DNA of 64,000 bases, taken from positions 4,640,001 to 4,704,000 of the forward strand of contig OY970166.1 in the NCBI GenBank assembly GCA_963706595.1. The letters are read 5' to 3'. Of the stretch, positions 22,535 through 33,843 are shown one piece after another. The position numbers and the translations under genes were made by a program. The stretch's first letter is position 1; each line of letters starts with the position of its first letter. The notes below the pieces were generated by a model. That model worked only from the letters and a program-made list of their open reading frames with translations, had not been told where the DNA came from and did not search any database. The stretch is from an uncultured cyanobacterium (lineage in GTDB: Bacteria > Cyanobacteriota > Cyanobacteriia > Cyanobacteriales > Nostocaceae).

Positions 22535-22783
22535 ATGATTAAAAATAGACTTTTAACTTGCACCTTTTTAGCTTTAACATCAGGATTTTTTGGTGGTTAC
22601 ATCGGTGGACAAATCACATCGATGCTGCATAACCAGAAGTGTCAAAACCAAGCTTGGGGTTTAAAGGTGATGTGTAATGTTTGGGTAACGCCCGGAGCTA
22701 CTTGGCAAGGTAGTACAACCGGATTATGGACAGGTACAATTTTAGGAGCATTTGTTGGCGGTTCCATCACACGCCCAGAATGA
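22535..22783 (+). CDS. Small membrane protein
   Basis: 82 aa with two Gly-rich hydrophobic segments. Confidence 0.6.
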   Translation: MIKNRLLTCTFLALTSGFFGGYIGGQITSMLHNQKCQNQAWGLKVMCNVWVTPGATWQGSTTGLWTGTILGAFVGGSITRPE

Positions 22784-22866
22784 TCAGGGGGCGGACTTGT
22801 TTTTTCATAGTCTTTTGGTGTCAGCAAGACTGTAAAATCTACCCATAGAGTTGAGAATAAATTGCC

Positions 22867-23172
22867 ATGCCTGCTGAAACTAATGAAGTAAATTCTACAA
22901 CCAAGGGTGCTGATGCTATTGACGAAGCGATCGCCAAGGGAATCGATTTTGATGGTTCTGCCATTCCGACTGCAAAGCTAGAACTGTATACCAAAGTCAT
23001 GGCACTAGAGGGAAATAGACAGCGTAGTGGTGTATCTAATACCATGCGATCGCGCATTGTGCGAATTGGCGCAAAACACATTCCTCAAGCAGAACTCGAT
23101 CAATTCCTTGTAGAAGCAGGTTTTGCACCCCTCAAAGAGAAAGAAGTTGCCTTTTTCTATGGCGGTAAATGA
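22867..23172 (+). CDS. Conserved cyanobacterial protein (DUF4090-like)
   Basis: GIDFDGS...RQRSGVSNTMRSRIVRIGAKH. Confidence 0.75.
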   Translation: MPAETNEVNSTTKGADAIDEAIAKGIDFDGSAIPTAKLELYTKVMALEGNRQRSGVSNTMRSRIVRIGAKHIPQAELDQFLVEAGFAPLKEKEVAFFYGGK

Positions 23173-23177
23173 GATCC

Positions 23178-24665
23178 TTATTTTTCTAAAGTTCTCACAG
23201 TCACTACTTGCGGCGGAGTGGAATCGGGTGGATAAATCAAATCTAACTGTATATTGCGCTGAGATGAAGGTAGCAGTGTAACTTGCAATAATGGTTCTAG
23301 AACCTGAGCGGTTCTATGCCATAGATGCACATAGCGTGTTTTTTCTTGTCCCTGGTCATCAACATAGCGCAATCTGACTGTACCCCGAAAAAACGGAAAA
23401 TCCAGGGATGGCTTGCGAAAACGCACACCACCTTGAGATAACTTATCTTCCTTCAAAGGTGTTTCTAGAGTCAGAGTCACCTTCTGGGTGGCGTTCGTGT
23501 TGTTGTTTAGGGGCAAGTTGAGTTTATATTCCACCCCATAATTACCATGCGCTTCATAGGCTGTATCGGCATAGCGTACCAGCATTTTCGCAGTTTGAAT
23601 TTGTGCAGTACCTAATCGACCACTCCGCAGCGTGTCTAAAGCATAGGAAATGCCTTTACCTGGTTGAGGAATTGTCAAATAGTTGGCTTGAGGATTATCC
23701 ACCAGCTTTGCTTGCCACTGGGAACCTTGGGAGACACCAGCGACACGCCCATAAATCAGTTGTCCACTGGTAGCGTCTGGAGAAGTTGGGGTTTTATCCC
23801 TTGGTCCGGCGAAGTTTCCAGTATCCAGTAATGCTTGCCATTCTACAAGAGTGGGTGCGCGATCGCTATCATCAGCATTTTTTTTGGCAAATGTAGCCAA
23901 ACTAGCTGCATAAATTTTGCCATTACTACGCAGACGCATGAAACTAGAGCGACCATTGACAGGTTTTTCTAAATGTCGCACGCGAATAGGATGATTGAGT
24001 AACATTCGACTTTTTCCGGGAGGAATTACCAGTTTGGCGGGAAAATCAGCTTGGCGAATGCCTCGAAGTACGTCACTCACAGCCCGATTGCCTGGACCTG
24101 AGTAGGCTTTACCATCATTATTTTCTACATAAGGGGGTAAGGTAGCAAAGGGTGCATCCTCCATCAAATAACTTGCTGCCTGTAACACATCCACTGTGAC
24201 AGATTTTTTCCCAGGATTATGCAGAATTACGCCTAGATAAAGTGTTTGTAAATCCTTGGGAGTATGGGTATAGTGATGAGCAAATAAATCAAAGCGTCCC
24301 TGAAAAGGAAAATTCAGGTGTGCGGCGGCTACTTTTTTCCCATTTGCAGGAAATGTAGAAAGTAAAATGCCCTCGGTTTTGACCCATTCTGGACTATTGC
24401 TATTAAATACAGGTATTGTATCCAAATTTCCAGGTAAAGCGCGGACTTCCCCAGCTTGTACTATCTCTTGGGGTGTTGGCTTTGGTGAACTTTGGGCAAC
24501 TACTGAATCATCACCAGGAAGATTTAATTTTAAAATATTACATCCACCTACTGGAGTCATCGTAAGTCCCAATAGAAGTAAAAATATAGTTTTAGGTAAT
24601 TTATTTTGAAATTGATTGAATGACATTGATGTTGATTTCCCCGAAACTGTTGATTCAAAGATCAC
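23178..24665 (-). CDS. Secreted/lipoprotein, DUF3370-like
   Basis: Signal or lipobox-like N-terminus; FNSNSPE, GILLSTFP and HGNYGVEY motifs; start may be ~24626. Confidence 0.75.
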   Translation of the reverse strand: MIFESTVSGKSTSMSFNQFQNKLPKTIFLLLLGLTMTPVGGCNILKLNLPGDDSVVAQSSPKPTPQEIVQAGEVRALPGNLDTIPVFNSNSPEWVKTEGILLSTFPANGKKVAAAHLNFPFQGRFDLFAHHYTHTPKDLQTLYLGVILHNPGKKSVTVDVLQAASYLMEDAPFATLPPYVENNDGKAYSGPGNRAVSDVLRGIRQADFPAKLVIPPGKSRMLLNHPIRVRHLEKPVNGRSSFMRLRSNGKIYAASLATFAKKNADDSDRAPTLVEWQALLDTGNFAGPRDKTPTSPDATSGQLIYGRVAGVSQGSQWQAKLVDNPQANYLTIPQPGKGISYALDTLRSGRLGTAQIQTAKMLVRYADTAYEAHGNYGVEYKLNLPLNNNTNATQKVTLTLETPLKEDKLSQGGVRFRKPSLDFPFFRGTVRLRYVDDQGQEKTRYVHLWHRTAQVLEPLLQVTLLPSSQRNIQLDLIYPPDSTPPQVVTVRTLEK

Positions 24666-24792
24666 AATTTGTAACTACAAGTTCCTGGAAGCAGATTTCT
24701 AAAACACGTACATATTTATAGCCGCAGTCAGATATGTGAGGACAGTGTTGATTGTTCCAAGCGTTGAAGCAACTGGGTTTATACTCAGAAAA

Positions 24793-24835
24793 CTCTCCCC
24801 TCTCCTTGCTAAGGAGAGGGGTTGGGGGTGAGGTT
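24793..24835. repeat. Dispersed hairpin repeat (AACCTCACCCCCAGCCCCTCTCCTT...AAGGAGAGGGG); other copies at 35928-35969 and 46583-46625
   Basis: Three near-identical intergenic copies, this one inverted. Confidence 0.85.
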
Positions 24836-24903
24836 CTGTATTTTCTATAAAAAAAAAGACAGGCATTTCGCCTGTCCACAAAAGTATTGATTTAGCAAAG
24901 ATT

Positions 24904-25905
24904 TTAGAAATTAAGTTCAGCAGCTTGAACTTTTTCAACCTGCTTCTTCTTCAACACGAGCATTACTTGAGCTAACATTACAAGAGCAACAAAGGCAATC
25001 ATGCCTTGAACTCTAGTAGAGTCTTGCAATACAATTTCTACATCTTTTTGACCAAATCCACCCACATTGGGGTTATTGGTCAAAGCATCACCAGCACTTA
25101 CAGATTGTCCTTCAGAAACAATCAATTCTGGTCCTGCGGGAATGGTATCAATAGTAGTATCGCCAGCTTCGGTTTGGATATTTACTAGATATTTAGCATT
25201 ACCAGATTCATCTTCTTCTTTGGCAATCTTGCTAATTGTGCCAGTAGCGGAAGCATTGTAAATGGTATTATTGCTCTTTTCACCAGTAGGATAAACTTGT
25301 CCACGTCCCCGGTTCGCACCTAAGTGAACTGAATATTTACCGAAGTGAATATTTTTATCGGTGGCGGGGTTGGGAGAAAGAACTGGGAAGACAATTTCTT
25401 GATACTGTTCACCGGGTATGGGTCCCACAAGCAGAACATTCTCGCTGTCTTCAGTGTAGGTTTGGAAGTAAACATCGCCTACTTCTTCTTTGAGTTCTTC
25501 AGAAATGCGGTCTGCTGGTGCAATTTTGAAGCCTTCTGGTAACATCAACACAGCGCCGACGTTCAAGCCAACTTTAGAACCATCAGCACCAACTTGTTGG
25601 ATGTTGGTATCGTAGGGAATTTTCACTACCGCTTTAAACACGGTATCAGGTAAAACTGATTGGGGAACTTCTACTTCTGCTGGTTTAGCTGCTAGGTGAC
25701 AGTTAGCGCAAACAATCCGCCCTGTCGGTTCGCGGGGGCTTTCAGGATAGGTTTGTTGCGCCCAGAACGGATATGCAGCAGCGCTTTGGGGAAGGGCTAA
25801 ATCGCTAGTGAAGTAAAATGTCAAGGTAGCGATCGCTATGAGCAATGTTTTCATAATTGCTCTAGCATTGCGAGTTACACTCGCTGTGGTACGGGCATTT
25901 CTCAT
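24904..25905 (-). CDS. petA: Apocytochrome f
   Basis: YPFWAQ mature N-terminus, CANCH heme motif, C-terminal anchor. Confidence 0.99.
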   Translation of the reverse strand: MRNARTTASVTRNARAIMKTLLIAIATLTFYFTSDLALPQSAAAYPFWAQQTYPESPREPTGRIVCANCHLAAKPAEVEVPQSVLPDTVFKAVVKIPYDTNIQQVGADGSKVGLNVGAVLMLPEGFKIAPADRISEELKEEVGDVYFQTYTEDSENVLLVGPIPGEQYQEIVFPVLSPNPATDKNIHFGKYSVHLGANRGRGQVYPTGEKSNNTIYNASATGTISKIAKEEDESGNAKYLVNIQTEAGDTTIDTIPAGPELIVSEGQSVSAGDALTNNPNVGGFGQKDVEIVLQDSTRVQGMIAFVALVMLAQVMLVLKKKQVEKVQAAELNF

Positions 25906-26021
25906 CTCTATAAGGACAACTATTCTCTGGTTAATTGGTCATTGGTCATTGACTTTGCACTCAAAACTTAGCACTCTCTTGTACAGACGCGATTTATCGC
26001 GTCTCAGAACTCAGCGCTTCA

Positions 26022-26561
26022 TTAAGACCACCAAGGTTCTTCGTCGGTGCGGAAGTCGGTTTCAGTCCAAGGGGTCAAAACGATTTTGTCATTTTCGGTT
26101 TTGGTGTGTGCGAGAGCCAAAGATAGAGGTGCTGGACCTCTGACCACCTTACCAGTTGCATCGTACTGAGAACCGTGACAAGGACATTTAAACTTGTTCT
26201 CTGCGACATTCCAGGGAACAACACAACCTAAGTGTGTGCAGATAGCATTAATGCCGTAATCGCCAATCGCTTCTTTGCTTTCTACGACCATATAGGTGGG
26301 GTCGCCCTTGAGTCCTTGAACTAAGGCGCGATCGCCTACGTTGTGGCTTGCGAGAAAGCCACTGACGCTAACATCGTTACCCAGCTCGTCTTTTGCTGTT
26401 GTACCGCCACCAGCGCCACCACTAGCAGGTGGAATAAAGTAGTTGACTACGGGATACAATGCACCCAGAGCCACACCTGTCACAGTCCCAAAAGTCAGCA
26501 AATTCATGAACTGACGACGGCCCATATCTGGCACGTCCATTGATTCAGAAAATTGAGCCAT
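26022..26561 (-). CDS. petC: Cytochrome b6f Rieske iron-sulfur subunit
   Basis: CTHLGC and CPCHGS motifs; Tat-like RR. Confidence 0.99.
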   Translation of the reverse strand: MAQFSESMDVPDMGRRQFMNLLTFGTVTGVALGALYPVVNYFIPPASGGAGGGTTAKDELGNDVSVSGFLASHNVGDRALVQGLKGDPTYMVVESKEAIGDYGINAICTHLGCVVPWNVAENKFKCPCHGSQYDATGKVVRGPAPLSLALAHTKTENDKIVLTPWTETDFRTDEEPWWS

Positions 26562-26790
26562 ATTCTACGCGCTCTTTGTGTATTTTGTTAAGCATTCTTA
26601 CAAGAGTACCAGTACTTGAGCAACTCCTGTTTGAGTGGAAATGCCAACGCCTACAACGATGCTAATTTTCTTTATTCCAAGATATATTGAGCATCTCTTC
26701 TGTTAGCATTACATTTCTTTATATGTCTATCATACTTGAGTTACCGAACGTAACATCATAACTAAATGTAAAATCTAATGGAGAAAAGCT

Positions 26791-27099
26791 ATGACAGGAC
26801 AGGAATTACGGAAATTATTGCTTGACAAATGGGGATATTCTTACGATGTCCAGTTCCGGCGCACCAAGGGGAAGATATTTCTGCAAGTGATGTGGAAGTA
26901 TCTTGAGCAAGCTTCTTTTCCCTTGACTGAGGCTGAGTACCAAGAGCATCTTGACAGTATTGCTAATTATCTTCAGGCTTTGGATGGCACTGTGCAAGTA
27001 CAAACATTTATTGCTCAAACGCGCGATCGCCCCCGACTGGGTAAAGCTGTGAGTATTCCCCTCGATTTAGGTGAACGCGCCTCGGAATGGATTGTTTGA
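26791..27099 (+). CDS. DUF3067-family conserved protein
   Basis: KWGYSYDVQ...QVMWKYLEQASFP; divergent from petC. Confidence 0.8.
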   Translation: MTGQELRKLLLDKWGYSYDVQFRRTKGKIFLQVMWKYLEQASFPLTEAEYQEHLDSIANYLQALDGTVQVQTFIAQTRDRPRLGKAVSIPLDLGERASEWIV

Positions 27100-27503
27100 G
27101 AGGCGATGCGATGCGATGCGATCGCCAGTCAGACTAAAAAAATGTTCAGGCTATTCAGCAAGAGTTTACCCATGTCATGATTAATAATCATGGTATAGGC
27201 AGAGTTGCACCATTATAGAAAACAGCTGCTTTACCTTCACTTTTAGCAGCACTAACAGCTTGTCTAGCTTCCTCCCACGATGGCAACGATAGAAACTCCC
27301 ATTTACCATTATTATCATTAGCAATGGCTATAGTGGTTTGCTTTTGTGTCCAATCGCTATCTGAACATTTCTTGTATTACAAGATGAATTACGGAAAGTG
27401 GGTTTTATGTTTTATTTTAAAACTTTGTGCTGAGAAGATATTATTTTTGTGTGCGTGACTTAATATGATTTCTGATTAAAAATTACAACTTTTAATCAAT
27501 TAG

Positions 27504-28712
27504 TTAGTTCCAAGGAGAAACAATTTCAGGGATTATATCAGAATTTCCCATTTCTTTTTTTAGGTAATTTACAATCTCTTCTTCCAAATGATGCTTATTT
27601 TTTAAATAATCAATTATGCTATTACATTTATTTTTCGCATCCTCTGGTGATTCGCCAAATGTTACAATATCTTCTTCATCACTGATATAGACTTTTGGCA
27701 GAATTTTACCAGTGTAAATATCTATATCAAAATCAGCAACCAGTTCTTTAATAAGAAGTCTATATAGATATATAGGCTTTCGTTTGTGGGCATTAAAATT
27801 ATTACTGGTTTCAAGAAAATTATTTCTTATATATTTGAGTTTATTCAATAAATCACTAGAAAAAACTTTATTCATTATATAGTAATCGCTAAAAATTAAT
27901 AATTCTTTAAGACTATCTAATATCTTTTCATAATCATCAAAAAATTGATTTTGCAATTTCTCTAAATTTTTATTCAAATAACGTTTTGATAAATAGTAAC
28001 TTGTGAATATACCAAGAAGGGAAGTGGTGATGATGACAATTCTAACAATTATTATGGTTCTTTTATATTGAGGTTGGTAATTAGTTTGATTAATATAAGT
28101 CCTCTTAACTTTCATATCTTCATTCAATTCAATTTCAATTAACAACCTTTCAAGATAATTCAAGCATTGTTGTAATTGAATTGAGTATTGGGAGATTATA
28201 TCAATATTTTTCTCATCATAAATACCTACTTTATTCAATGCTGTATCATAAGATTTAGAATTAATAAGATCATTTTTATATATTTGTATGTAATTAATGC
28301 CTTCTTTAGGTGAAGTAAATGATAAATAAGTTTTAATAAATTGTAATGATCTCACTTGTGCATCAATAGAGTTTCTAAATAAAACTGCTATTTCTCTCTT
28401 TTCTTTATCATCTGCTAATTTCTTTAAAAATCTATTAGTTGAAAAAGTACCTAATATGATAAATATAAAAGAAATGCTAGAGTTATCTTTAGCCCAACAT
28501 TGAATTGAAGACCAATGACTATAAATAATCTGAACAATAAAGCCAGAGGCTATAAAAATAAAACTTGACATTATAACTCCTGGCGGAGTTTCGTTAGATT
28601 CAGGAATTTTAACACCATGTACGAATGTTAATATAAATAGGCCAGTTATTAAAAATCCAATAATTGCTGGTAAAACTTGTATCATAGGGTATAAATAATT
28701 AAGAATCATCAT
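27504..28712 (-). CDS. AT-rich orphan membrane protein (islet cargo)
   Basis: ~400-aa ORF with several transmembrane segments, visibly very AT-rich, no HIP1 site seen; ATG 28712 chosen as start. Confidence 0.7.
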   Translation of the reverse strand: MMILNYLYPMIQVLPAIIGFLITGLFILTFVHGVKIPESNETPPGVIMSSFIFIASGFIVQIIYSHWSSIQCWAKDNSSISFIFIILGTFSTNRFLKKLADDKEKREIAVLFRNSIDAQVRSLQFIKTYLSFTSPKEGINYIQIYKNDLINSKSYDTALNKVGIYDEKNIDIISQYSIQLQQCLNYLERLLIEIELNEDMKVKRTYINQTNYQPQYKRTIIIVRIVIITTSLLGIFTSYYLSKRYLNKNLEKLQNQFFDDYEKILDSLKELLIFSDYYIMNKVFSSDLLNKLKYIRNNFLETSNNFNAHKRKPIYLYRLLIKELVADFDIDIYTGKILPKVYISDEEDIVTFGESPEDAKNKCNSIIDYLKNKHHLEEEIVNYLKKEMGNSDIIPEIVSPWN

Positions 28713-28731
28713 AAAAACCGATTCAATTAAT

Positions 28732-29886
28732 TTAAACAAATTCAGGTGGTCTGAGGTTTGTAAAGTTAGTAGCAGCATAGTGATTGTCAATCATTTTGGC
28801 GGAGGTTCCAGTCCATCGGCTGATCGCTGTGCTGTTAATATGTGACTCTACACACAAGCTAATAAAAGTATGTCGTGTCTGGTAGCTTTTGCGGTAAGGA
28901 ACGCCACATTTAGCTAAAATTGCCTTCCATGCACGATTAGAAAAGTTGTGATGGTCGATAAATTTACCTGTTGGACTGGTAAAAACGAAGGCTTCAGAAT
29001 TAGGTTCCTGCGTCCGAATTTCAGCTACGATAGCTTGTAATTCCGAATTAATTGGGAAATCACGCTTTGTTTGTGTTTTTAACCCTTCCTTCAGAAATAA
29101 GCCGTTTTCAGAAACAACAACCGATGCCCGAAACTGAATTACACTCTTAGTAATGTGTTTCCACTTCAACCCGATAGCCTCAGATGGTCTGCACCCTGTA
29201 AAAAAAAGGAAGCGCACATAGTTTGTATAGTGACTGTAGTAGCGATCGCTAGCAAAAGTCTGAATAATTAAATCTCTTTCTTCTTTACTGAAGGGTTCTA
29301 TATCTTTTTCTTCAGTCACACCCTTGGGTACTTTGATTTTCATGGGCGTAAAAGGGTTAATATCAATTAATCCCTCTGACATTGCCCAATTACAACAAGC
29401 TTTCAACTGAGTTAAGCAACGTTTCGCAGCATCAGGAGTTAAATTCGCCAAAAGATGATCTCGAATGGCTGATGCTTCGTCTAGCGATCGCGTTGGTAAC
29501 TTAGCGATGTGATTTCGATGTTTAGTAAAGTCTTTAGCGAAAGTACTAGGGCTGACTTGAGGTTTTTTAAACTGGCTATATTTGTCCCAAAGTTTGTCTA
29601 ACTCAGGTTTTGGTTTCTGAATTGGTGTAAGTGGTGTAACCGTACTTAAAGATGATTTAGGTTTGTATTTCTCTAAAGATTCGTCAAACCTTTCCCATAA
29701 GATGTCTTTCTCAACCTCCTCTGCTTTAAGTTCTGCTAGTTTCCGGTTACTAGGAGTATCAGCCCATCCGGTGGAAAAATAATAGCGCCTACCACCATAG
29801 TGAAATCTCAACTGTAATCGACCATTAGAGTTAATGATTGACACAGACCCCTTAGATCCTCGTTCGGTAGCAGTGTCACTGTACAT
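28732..29886 (-). CDS. Tyrosine recombinase/integrase with N-terminal arm-binding domain
   Basis: GRLQLRF N-terminus; catalytic-type motifs TGCRPSE, YQTRHTF and DNHY. Confidence 0.92.
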   Translation of the reverse strand: MYSDTATERGSKGSVSIINSNGRLQLRFHYGGRRYYFSTGWADTPSNRKLAELKAEEVEKDILWERFDESLEKYKPKSSLSTVTPLTPIQKPKPELDKLWDKYSQFKKPQVSPSTFAKDFTKHRNHIAKLPTRSLDEASAIRDHLLANLTPDAAKRCLTQLKACCNWAMSEGLIDINPFTPMKIKVPKGVTEEKDIEPFSKEERDLIIQTFASDRYYSHYTNYVRFLFFTGCRPSEAIGLKWKHITKSVIQFRASVVVSENGLFLKEGLKTQTKRDFPINSELQAIVAEIRTQEPNSEAFVFTSPTGKFIDHHNFSNRAWKAILAKCGVPYRKSYQTRHTFISLCVESHINSTAISRWTGTSAKMIDNHYAATNFTNLRPPEFV

Positions 29887-30008
29887 ATGTATTAATGGTG
29901 TAATTCTCCCCTACTTTACACCACTTTTTTGCCTCAAGGTATCAAAAATGTCCAAAACTTCTCTCAAAATTACAACATTAGTTCTCTATCTTTCAGTCAT
30001 CACAAACT

Positions 30009-30045
30009 AAAAACCCCTGAAAAGCGATGTTTTCAAGGGTTTTTA
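30009..30045 (-). terminator. Intrinsic terminator downstream of tRNA-Phe
   Basis: AAAAACCCCTGAAAA...TTTTCAAGGGTTTTT inverted repeat. Confidence 0.7.
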
Positions 30046-30051
30046 TTTATA

Positions 30052-30124
<73 letters not shown>

Positions 30125-30200
30125 TGGGGGCTTTTGTCACCCACGATTAATAAATGTAGCACAACAATAATTGCTTGGCAAGAGGTTGAAGAAAAAAAGT

Positions 30201-31070
30201 TTATCTGGCTTTGAAATTCAACTTAACGGTAAAGAAAACAGCGACAAAAAACAAAAACTGCACAAGCACAATACTAGGGCCTGATGGCAGGTTAAAAAGT
30301 CCCGAAACCATAATACCAGTCAGGCTTGTGGTTGAACCGACGATAATTGATAAAACCAGAAAACGGTTAAAGTGATGACTCATCAGCTTGGCTGTGGAAG
30401 CGGGAATCACTAAAAAAGCATTGACTAGCAAAACACCGACGGCTGTAATCGCTACGGCAACAGCTAGGGAAAGTAAAATGATAAAGCCATAGCGATATAG
30501 TTGAACTGGAACACCTTGTACTTGCGCTACATCGGGGTTCAGGGTTAACAAAATTTGCTGTTGCAGGGTGGAAAATAAAAATATGCTGCTGGCTATCAGC
30601 AAAAGTAAGGTCAAAATTAAATCTGTATTGTCGATCGCCAGAATATCCCCGAACAATACTCTCATTAAATTGCCACGATAACCCGGAACGAAGCTAGTCA
30701 GGATTACGCCAATACCTAATGCTCCTGATAGCACTATACTCAGGACACTATCGCTGGCTAAATCGGTCTTGTCGATGAAGTAGAGGACAACCACGCCAAA
30801 CACTAAGGTAAAAGGCAACAGCATCCAAGTTGGATTCAACTGTAGCAATACTCCTAAGACTACGCCGATTAATGCTGCATGACCCACGGCATGGCTGAAA
30901 AAAGATAGTTGGCGCAATGTGGCAAAACTACCTAGTAAGCCTCCCAGAATTCCCATTAACACAGCACCTGCGATCGCGCGCTGCATGAAAGGAAATTGTA
31001 ACAAATTTACAAAGTCAAAGTTAGAGGCGATCGCTAGCAAGTTGATTTGGCAAACAGAGCATAAATACAT
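30201..31070 (-). CDS. znuB: Zn/Mn ABC transporter permease
   Basis: SHAVGHAAL, LFGDIL and LPSGPSIV motifs; start uncertain. Confidence 0.88.
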   Translation of the reverse strand: MYLCSVCQINLLAIASNFDFVNLLQFPFMQRAIAGAVLMGILGGLLGSFATLRQLSFFSHAVGHAALIGVVLGVLLQLNPTWMLLPFTLVFGVVVLYFIDKTDLASDSVLSIVLSGALGIGVILTSFVPGYRGNLMRVLFGDILAIDNTDLILTLLLLIASSIFLFSTLQQQILLTLNPDVAQVQGVPVQLYRYGFIILLSLAVAVAITAVGVLLVNAFLVIPASTAKLMSHHFNRFLVLSIIVGSTTSLTGIMVSGLFNLPSGPSIVLVQFLFFVAVFFTVKLNFKAR

Positions 31071-31223
31071 AAGTACAATCTATATATTTTTGAGCCTGAT
31101 TTTATTGATCACAGGCAAAATTTTATCAATATCAATCAAAGATAATTTTTATAATTAGATGGAAATTTAAAACTGGCCAATATTGAGTATAATTTAAGAT
31201 AGATTACTATAGATATTCATATT

Positions 31224-31547
31224 GTGCAACACTTAGCAGGACAAGTTATCAGCACCGAAAAAGCCCAACAGATGGCGGAATTCTTTAGCTTTTTAGGAGA
31301 CCCTAATCGCCTGCGAATTCTTTCTTTTTTGGCTAATAAAGAACTGTGTGTGAGTGATTTAGCAGGATTACTAAATATGAGTGAATCTGCTGTTTCCCAT
31401 CAACTGCGAAATTTGCGAGTCATGCGATTAGTTGGCTATCGGAAGCAAGGACGTAATGTGTTTTATCATCTCCACGATCATCATATTTTTCATCTTTATC
31501 AGGCTGTAGCTGAACACTTGGATGAACCTGCTGAATCGTCAAATTAG
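31224..31547 (+). CDS. ArsR/SmtB-family metal-sensing repressor
   Basis: ELCVSDLA and SAVSHQL motifs; alpha5 site D-x-H...H-x-x-E (DHH...EHLDE). Confidence 0.9.
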   Translation: MQHLAGQVISTEKAQQMAEFFSFLGDPNRLRILSFLANKELCVSDLAGLLNMSESAVSHQLRNLRVMRLVGYRKQGRNVFYHLHDHHIFHLYQAVAEHLDEPAESSN

Positions 31548-31631
31548 CGAGTCAAAACTTATTTGGCTTTTACTTTTTGAATCGGGGATGTGAATTATCC
31601 AAAATTGTGAGTAACGGTATTGTTAAAAATT

Positions 31632-32402
31632 TTAATGGTGATGCTTATAAGGACTGAATCCCAGACCATAAGTTGCTAACAGATTTTGGGGTGAAAGGGC
31701 AATTTCGGGTTGACCAGTACAAACAACAGTTTGGTTAAAGCAAAGAACGCGATCGCAATGACGGCTGACCATATCAATATCATGGGAAACCTGCAACACC
31801 GTCCAACCTTCTTCCCGCTTTAATTCATTTAACAAAGCGTAAAAATCTGTTGTCCCTTGGACATCAACACCAGCGAAAGCTTCATCTAGTACCAAAAGTT
31901 GCCGAGGAATTACTAAACAATAAGCCAGCAATACCCGCTTCAGTTGACCACCACTAAGAGTTCCAATAGCTTGATGCTTAAGATGATACGCATCAGTTCG
32001 CCGCAAAGCCTCTGCTATGGCTACAGACTTTCTCTTATCTCTTTTCCACAACTGGGAAAAAAATGAATTCTGATTTTTACTTTCATTCGCCCATCCCAGT
32101 CCGACTAATTCACCTACAGAAATCGGGAAACTGCGGTCAAAGATGAAATTTTGGGGCATATAACCCAATCGATGACGCAAATTTCCCAATTTGGTAATTG
32201 GGCGACCAAAAATTTCAATCTTACCAGCACTGTGAGGAATTAAATTTAAAATTGCCTTTACCAAAGTACTTTTACCAGCACCATTGGGACCAACAATAGC
32301 TGTATCTGTTCCTGGTAGCAATTCAAAGGCTACATCTCGCACAGCTAAATAACTGCCTTGATATACATTTAATCCTTCGACTTTTAAAATGGGAGATGTC
32401 AT
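31632..32402 (-). CDS. znuC: Zn/Mn ABC transporter ATPase
   Basis: GPNGAGKST, LSGGQ and LDE motifs; His-rich tail. Confidence 0.9.
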   Translation of the reverse strand: MTSPILKVEGLNVYQGSYLAVRDVAFELLPGTDTAIVGPNGAGKSTLVKAILNLIPHSAGKIEIFGRPITKLGNLRHRLGYMPQNFIFDRSFPISVGELVGLGWANESKNQNSFFSQLWKRDKRKSVAIAEALRRTDAYHLKHQAIGTLSGGQLKRVLLAYCLVIPRQLLVLDEAFAGVDVQGTTDFYALLNELKREEGWTVLQVSHDIDMVSRHCDRVLCFNQTVVCTGQPEIALSPQNLLATYGLGFSPYKHHH

Positions 32403-32488
32403 GAGTCCTGGATTATGGGTAATTAATTATTAATTGATCATGACATCAAGACAAACGATCATCAGGTATCGCTGTCTTGGTCATTCAA

Positions 32489-33517
32489 TTATTTACACCC
32501 AGCCTCCAGAGTTTGCAAGTTAGTTTTCATTGCCTGAAAGTAATACTGTGGATTTCTGTCATCAGAAGTTTCTAAAGGGTCTAAGTTACGCACAGTTAGA
32601 TTCAAATCTTGGGCAAGACTGGTTAATAATTTATTATCTACCCCTGCTTCACTAAATAAAGCTTTAGCGTTATACTTTTTCACAGCCTTGACAGCTTTCT
32701 GCACATCTGCTGGCGAAAGTTGGTCTTCAGGAAGTTGCACCACCGCCACTTGTTTGAGATTATAACGTTGAGCTAAATATGGAAAAGCATCATGGAAGGT
32801 GATAAAGGTGCAGTTAGGAGTTTTCTGCAAAGTTTGCTGAAATTCTTGATCTAAATTGTTTAATTCTTGAATATAAGCCGCAGCATTAGCTTCATAAGTA
32901 GCTTTGTTAGCAGGATCAGCCGCAATTAATCCATCCCGAATATTTGTTACCTGCTGTTTTGCTAATACTGGATCTAACCAAACGTGAGGATTTCCCTCAG
33001 CATGATCATGGCTATGTCCGTGGCTATGTCCATGTTCTGTTACTGTTTCATCAACCGGGGAAATTTCATCTAAGGTTTTAATCCCTTTACTGGCATCAAT
33101 TTGAACCAAGTTAGGATTTTCGGCATTTTTTACAGTATTGTCGAGAAATTCCTCTATTCCCAAACCATTCTTTACTAAAATACTGGCTGTAGAAATCGCT
33201 TTAACATTATCCGGTGTTGATTGGTAATCATGCACCTCCGTAGTTGGTGGCACGAGAATTGATACATCTGCTGCATCTCCAGCTACAGCCTTAGTAAACA
33301 AATAAGTTGGCAAAATTGTGGCTACAACTTTAACTTTTTCCGAGGTGGCTGGAATCGCTGCTGTTTCTTGTGCTGGGGATGTCTGTTCTGAAGTTTCTCC
33401 GACATCTGGATTTGATTGGTTACAGCCAACAGCAGCTGACAACGTGAATATAGCCATTAAAAGCAGAGGTATCCTGCTTTTTTGGTCTTTTTTAGGTTCT
33501 AAGCGAGTCCAAAACAT
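32489..33517 (-). CDS. znuA: Zn ABC transporter substrate-binding lipoprotein
   Basis: Lipobox VGC, EVHDY, His-rich loop HGHSHGHSHDH, NPHVWLDP, FHDAF. Confidence 0.9.
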   Translation of the reverse strand: MFWTRLEPKKDQKSRIPLLLMAIFTLSAAVGCNQSNPDVGETSEQTSPAQETAAIPATSEKVKVVATILPTYLFTKAVAGDAADVSILVPPTTEVHDYQSTPDNVKAISTASILVKNGLGIEEFLDNTVKNAENPNLVQIDASKGIKTLDEISPVDETVTEHGHSHGHSHDHAEGNPHVWLDPVLAKQQVTNIRDGLIAADPANKATYEANAAAYIQELNNLDQEFQQTLQKTPNCTFITFHDAFPYLAQRYNLKQVAVVQLPEDQLSPADVQKAVKAVKKYNAKALFSEAGVDNKLLTSLAQDLNLTVRNLDPLETSDDRNPQYYFQAMKTNLQTLEAGCK

Positions 33518-33843
33518 GGTTTTCCCCTCTTAATTAATGATTACTTTACTTTTTGGCAATTTTCTATTGAAAATCAAATTAGTCCTACATTATAGAATAA
33601 GTCTCATTCTCACACAATATAGCCAAAAAAATTTCGTAATAAAAAACACAAACTGAATACTGCTTTCACAAGATACTGCGGTTGAAAATTTATCTAGTCA
33701 GCAGGGAAGATAACTTTTTGACTTGTAGTGTTAGGCAAATCCTTAAACTCCTGTTAATATTTGGAATATACATTTTTAAAGAAGGTATTGTCGAAAACGC
33801 CCGGTGTGTGTGCAATCAACCATCAATAAGTGTGAGGAAGGAA

